From Macrostomum lignano (lineage: Eukaryota): a DNA stretch of 36,384 nucleotides. Within the stretch, counting starts at the first letter, position 1. Every line of letters starts with the position of its first letter. The notes under the pieces are model-generated. The model saw only the letters and a list, made by a program, of their open reading frames with translations, made no database searches and was not told the DNA's origin. This document shows positions 33,858 to 36,384 of the stretch, piece after piece. Location: positions 1 to 36,384 of the forward strand of contig NIVC01004744.1 of assembly GCA_002269645.1 (NCBI GenBank). Reading direction: 5' to 3'. The position numbers and the translations under genes are program-made.

Positions 33858-35436
33858 AACAGATATGGTTACCGACCGTTGTAGTCTGTATAGACTACTC
33901 GCTTGACTTGATCTGCTCACGGCTGGTGCAACTGCAAACGCCTTAGACAAACCAATGGAGCATGCACCGACAAAAATCGGGTTAGCGTCTATCTTAATAG
34001 GAAAGTTGCTTTGCATACTGGGCCAGATAGAGCTATTTGGAACCATGCCACAGTCTCCGTCTAGACACCCAGCTGTGCCAAACAATATGGTTGGCTGACT
34101 ATGCTTCTAAGCGTCAAATATGACGATAGAATCATTCAGCCGGTTGACACACTAAGCAGCTTTGATAGACTACATGCCAGTGGTAGTCAAACCTCTCGCA
34201 AACAATCAGGGCGCAACAATTTTTCAATTGTCACCTGTACGGAGGATGGGCACAGCCTCACATTACGGACGCTACAGTGCCGCCGTAAAGCAGATCAATT
34301 CACCTTGCACTTTCGAGGCTTTATTATCCCTCGGATTAAAGATTGATCCGCCTAGTCAAATAAAAGTGACTACTCTTAGCCGCTGCCTTGAGCCACACTA
34401 GAAGCGAGGATTGATTATCCGTCGCAGGTCAGCTTATCAAAGCTGCCTTGAGCCACACTAGAAGCGAGGATTGATTATCCGTCGCAGGTCAGCTTATCAA
34501 AGCTGCCTTGAGCCACACTAGAAGCGAGGATTGATTATCCGTCGCAGGTCAGCTTATCAAAGCTGCCTTGAGCCACACTAGAAGCGAGGATTGATTATCC
34601 TTCGCAGGTCAGCTTATCAAAGCTGCCTTGAGCCACACTAGAAGCGAGGATTGATTATCCGTCGCAGGTCAGCTTATCAAAGCTGCCTTGAGCCACACTA
34701 GAAGCGAGGATTGATTATCCGTCGCAGGTCAGCTTATCAAAGCTGCCTTGAGCCACACTAGAAGCGAGGATTGATTATCCTTCGCAGGTCAGCTTATCAA
34801 AGCTGCCTTGAGCCACACTAGAAGCGAGGATTGATTATCCGTCGCAGGTCAGCTTATCAAAGCTGCCTTGAGCCACACTAGAAGCGAGGATTGATTATCC
34901 GTCGCAGGTCAGCTTATCAAAGCTGCCTTGAGCCACACTAGAAGCGAGGATTGATTATCCGTCGCAGGTCAGCTTATCAAAGCTGCCTTGAGCCACAACA
35001 GATATGGTTACCGACCGTTGTAGTCTGTATAGACTACTCGCTTGACTTGATCTGCTCACGGCTGGTGCAACTGCAAACGCCTTAGACAAACCAATGGAGC
35101 ATGCACCGACAAAAATCGGGTTAGCGTCTATCTTAATAGGAAAGTTGCTTTGCATACTGGGCCAGATAGAGCTATTTGGAACCATGCCACAGTCTCCGTC
35201 TAGACACCCAGCTGTGCCAAACAATATGGTTGGCTGACTATGCTTCTAAGCGTCAAATATGACGATAGAATCATTCAGCCGGTTGACACACTAAGCAGCT
35301 TTGATAGACTACATGCCAGTGGTAGTCAAACCTCTCGCACACAATCAGGGCGCAACAATTTTTCAATTGTCACCTGTACGGAGGATGGGCACAGCCTCAC
35401 ATTACGGACGCTACAGTGCCGCCGTAAAGCAGATCA
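33858..35436. repeat. Near-identical 440-bp direct duplication (33858-34297 and 34997-35436), each copy following a 60-bp array
   Basis: Constant offset of 1139 bp; the ORF track also shows identical ORFs at 33816 and 34955. Confidence 0.93.
34382..34996. repeat. 60-bp satellite array 2 (10 units + partial)
   Basis: Same unit as array 1, starts at 34382 and every 60 bp to 34982. Confidence 0.95.
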
Positions 35437-35976
35437 GTTGTCTCATTAGGGCGAGGTTTCATTACCCCTCGCTTCTTAAGAGGAATTAGCGCCGCTGACC
35501 AAACGGATGCCAGGGATTGCCTGATGGGATAACCATTTGCTGGGGTCTGTATTCAGCGGTTTTCCATCGGAGGCTTCCTCTCAAAATCCCCATGGTACTT
35601 GTAATGGATGCCCGACTGATTCCCACTGGTCCTAAAATTTTTCCGGATCATCACCGCCTGGTACTTGGCTGAACTTCGGCTCAAGGGGAGCTGATCTGGA
35701 TGATTTTTCCGGATCACTGGGGAATTCCGACTGAAGTCTCGAAATCTCACCCGGAGCATTTTCATCTGGAATCCTACTGAAATTCGGTCTACACCCAGAA
35801 TTCAGTAGAGTTCTGGGTGAAAACTTGACGGAAAATCCAACCGGAACAGTTTCCTTTTCCCAAAATACTACCAGATCATATTTCTGGACCTTTTTCCGGG
35901 AAAAAAGTGCTGTTCCGTGCCAAAAAAACTGATTCGGGCTTCATCAGAAATAATAAATTAAAAATCGGGCGAAAAT

Positions 35977-36384
35977 CCGATTCAAACAAGATTCAGTCAA
36001 ACCAGATAAACATAGAAATATCTGGTGGCGAATCTTGTACTGTTATCTGATTTTCAAACAAGATTCGCGCATGTTATCGGGCGAAATTCCGATTCAAACA
36101 AGATTCAATCAAACAAGATAACAAAAAATATCTGGTGGCGAATTTCTACTGTTATCTGATTTTCAAACAAGATTCGCACCATGTTATCCTGGTGAAATTC
36201 CGATTCAAACAAGATTCAATCAAACAAGAAAACAAGAATTATCTGGTGGCGAATCTTGTCATGTAATCTGATTTTCAAACAAGATTCGCGCCATGTTATC
36301 TGGTGAAATTCAGATAACTCACCAGATAACAGTCAAACAAGAAAACAAAAATTATTGGTGGCGAATCTTGTCATGTAATCTGAT
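35977..36384. repeat. Right subterminal array: ~111-112-bp units, continuing past the window end
   Basis: CCGATTCAAACAAGATTC at 35977, 36089, 36200; shares CAAACAAGAT, GTTATC/GATAAC and GCGAATC with the 103-bp left array. Confidence 0.88.

Larger units (their letters stand above)
20629..36384 (-). mobile_element. Giant CACTA/EnSpm-like transposon (>=15.7 kb) with cargo genes; right end outside the window
   Basis: EnSpm-type transposase in the middle; repeat arrays built from the same short motifs (CAAACAAGAT, AGATAAC/GTTATC, GCGAATC) at 20640-21330 and 35977-36384; candidate 5'-CCC terminus CCCTCTGGTAAA at 20629 just before the first motif. Boundaries are inferred, since only one end is visible. 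Confidence 0.7.

Noticed and set aside
33543-34996. CRISPR-like look of the regular 60-bp arrays
   Set aside because: Units are head-to-tail and identical with no unique spacers, no cas genes, and the context is eukaryotic; it is a satellite.
33816-35449. Duplicated small ORFs (33816-34085/34955-35224 and 34101-34346/35240-35449)
   Set aside because: They lie in the 440-bp duplication, start at non-ATG codons, overlap the satellite and show no recognisable motif.
20629-36384. Polinton/Maverick or endogenous virus interpretation of the multi-gene element
   Set aside because: No protein-primed polymerase, capsid, packaging ATPase, protease or retroviral-type integrase motifs recognised; the transposase is EnSpm-type.

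Overview
Eukaryotic (metazoan-type) genomic DNA: short AT-rich GT-AG introns, a tRNA-derived SINE and microsatellites, made up mostly of transposable elements. Left to right: (1) a minus-strand Helitron whose Rep/helicase gene (797-6544) has 8 introns and one 1-bp frameshift, with three stacked 5' termini at 8177/8333/8432; (2) a 4.15-kb non-autonomous CACTA/EnSpm-type element (9821-13975, TIRs, TA duplication) keeping a DUF4806-like gene with a hAT MITE in one intron; (3) one probable host gene (14074-17190) for a secreted PAN/apple + ALK/LTK-type glycine-rich protein; (4) SINE, microsatellite and a truncated Tc1/IS630-like transposase; (5) a giant (>=15.7 kb, runs off the right end) CACTA/EnSpm-like element from about 20629. 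Element 5 carries four co-oriented minus-strand genes: a tandem LOTUS-like protein, a 926-aa transposase, a BEN-domain protein and an HROB/DUF4539-like OB-fold protein. The most unusual signal is inside its coding core: 18 independent perfect palindromes of 10-20 bp, all centred on GATC but with different arms, over 21519-32701, across all four genes, all three reading frames and intergenic DNA. All domain names come from by-eye motif recognition, not database searches, and exon models are inferred from splice signals and frame continuity.
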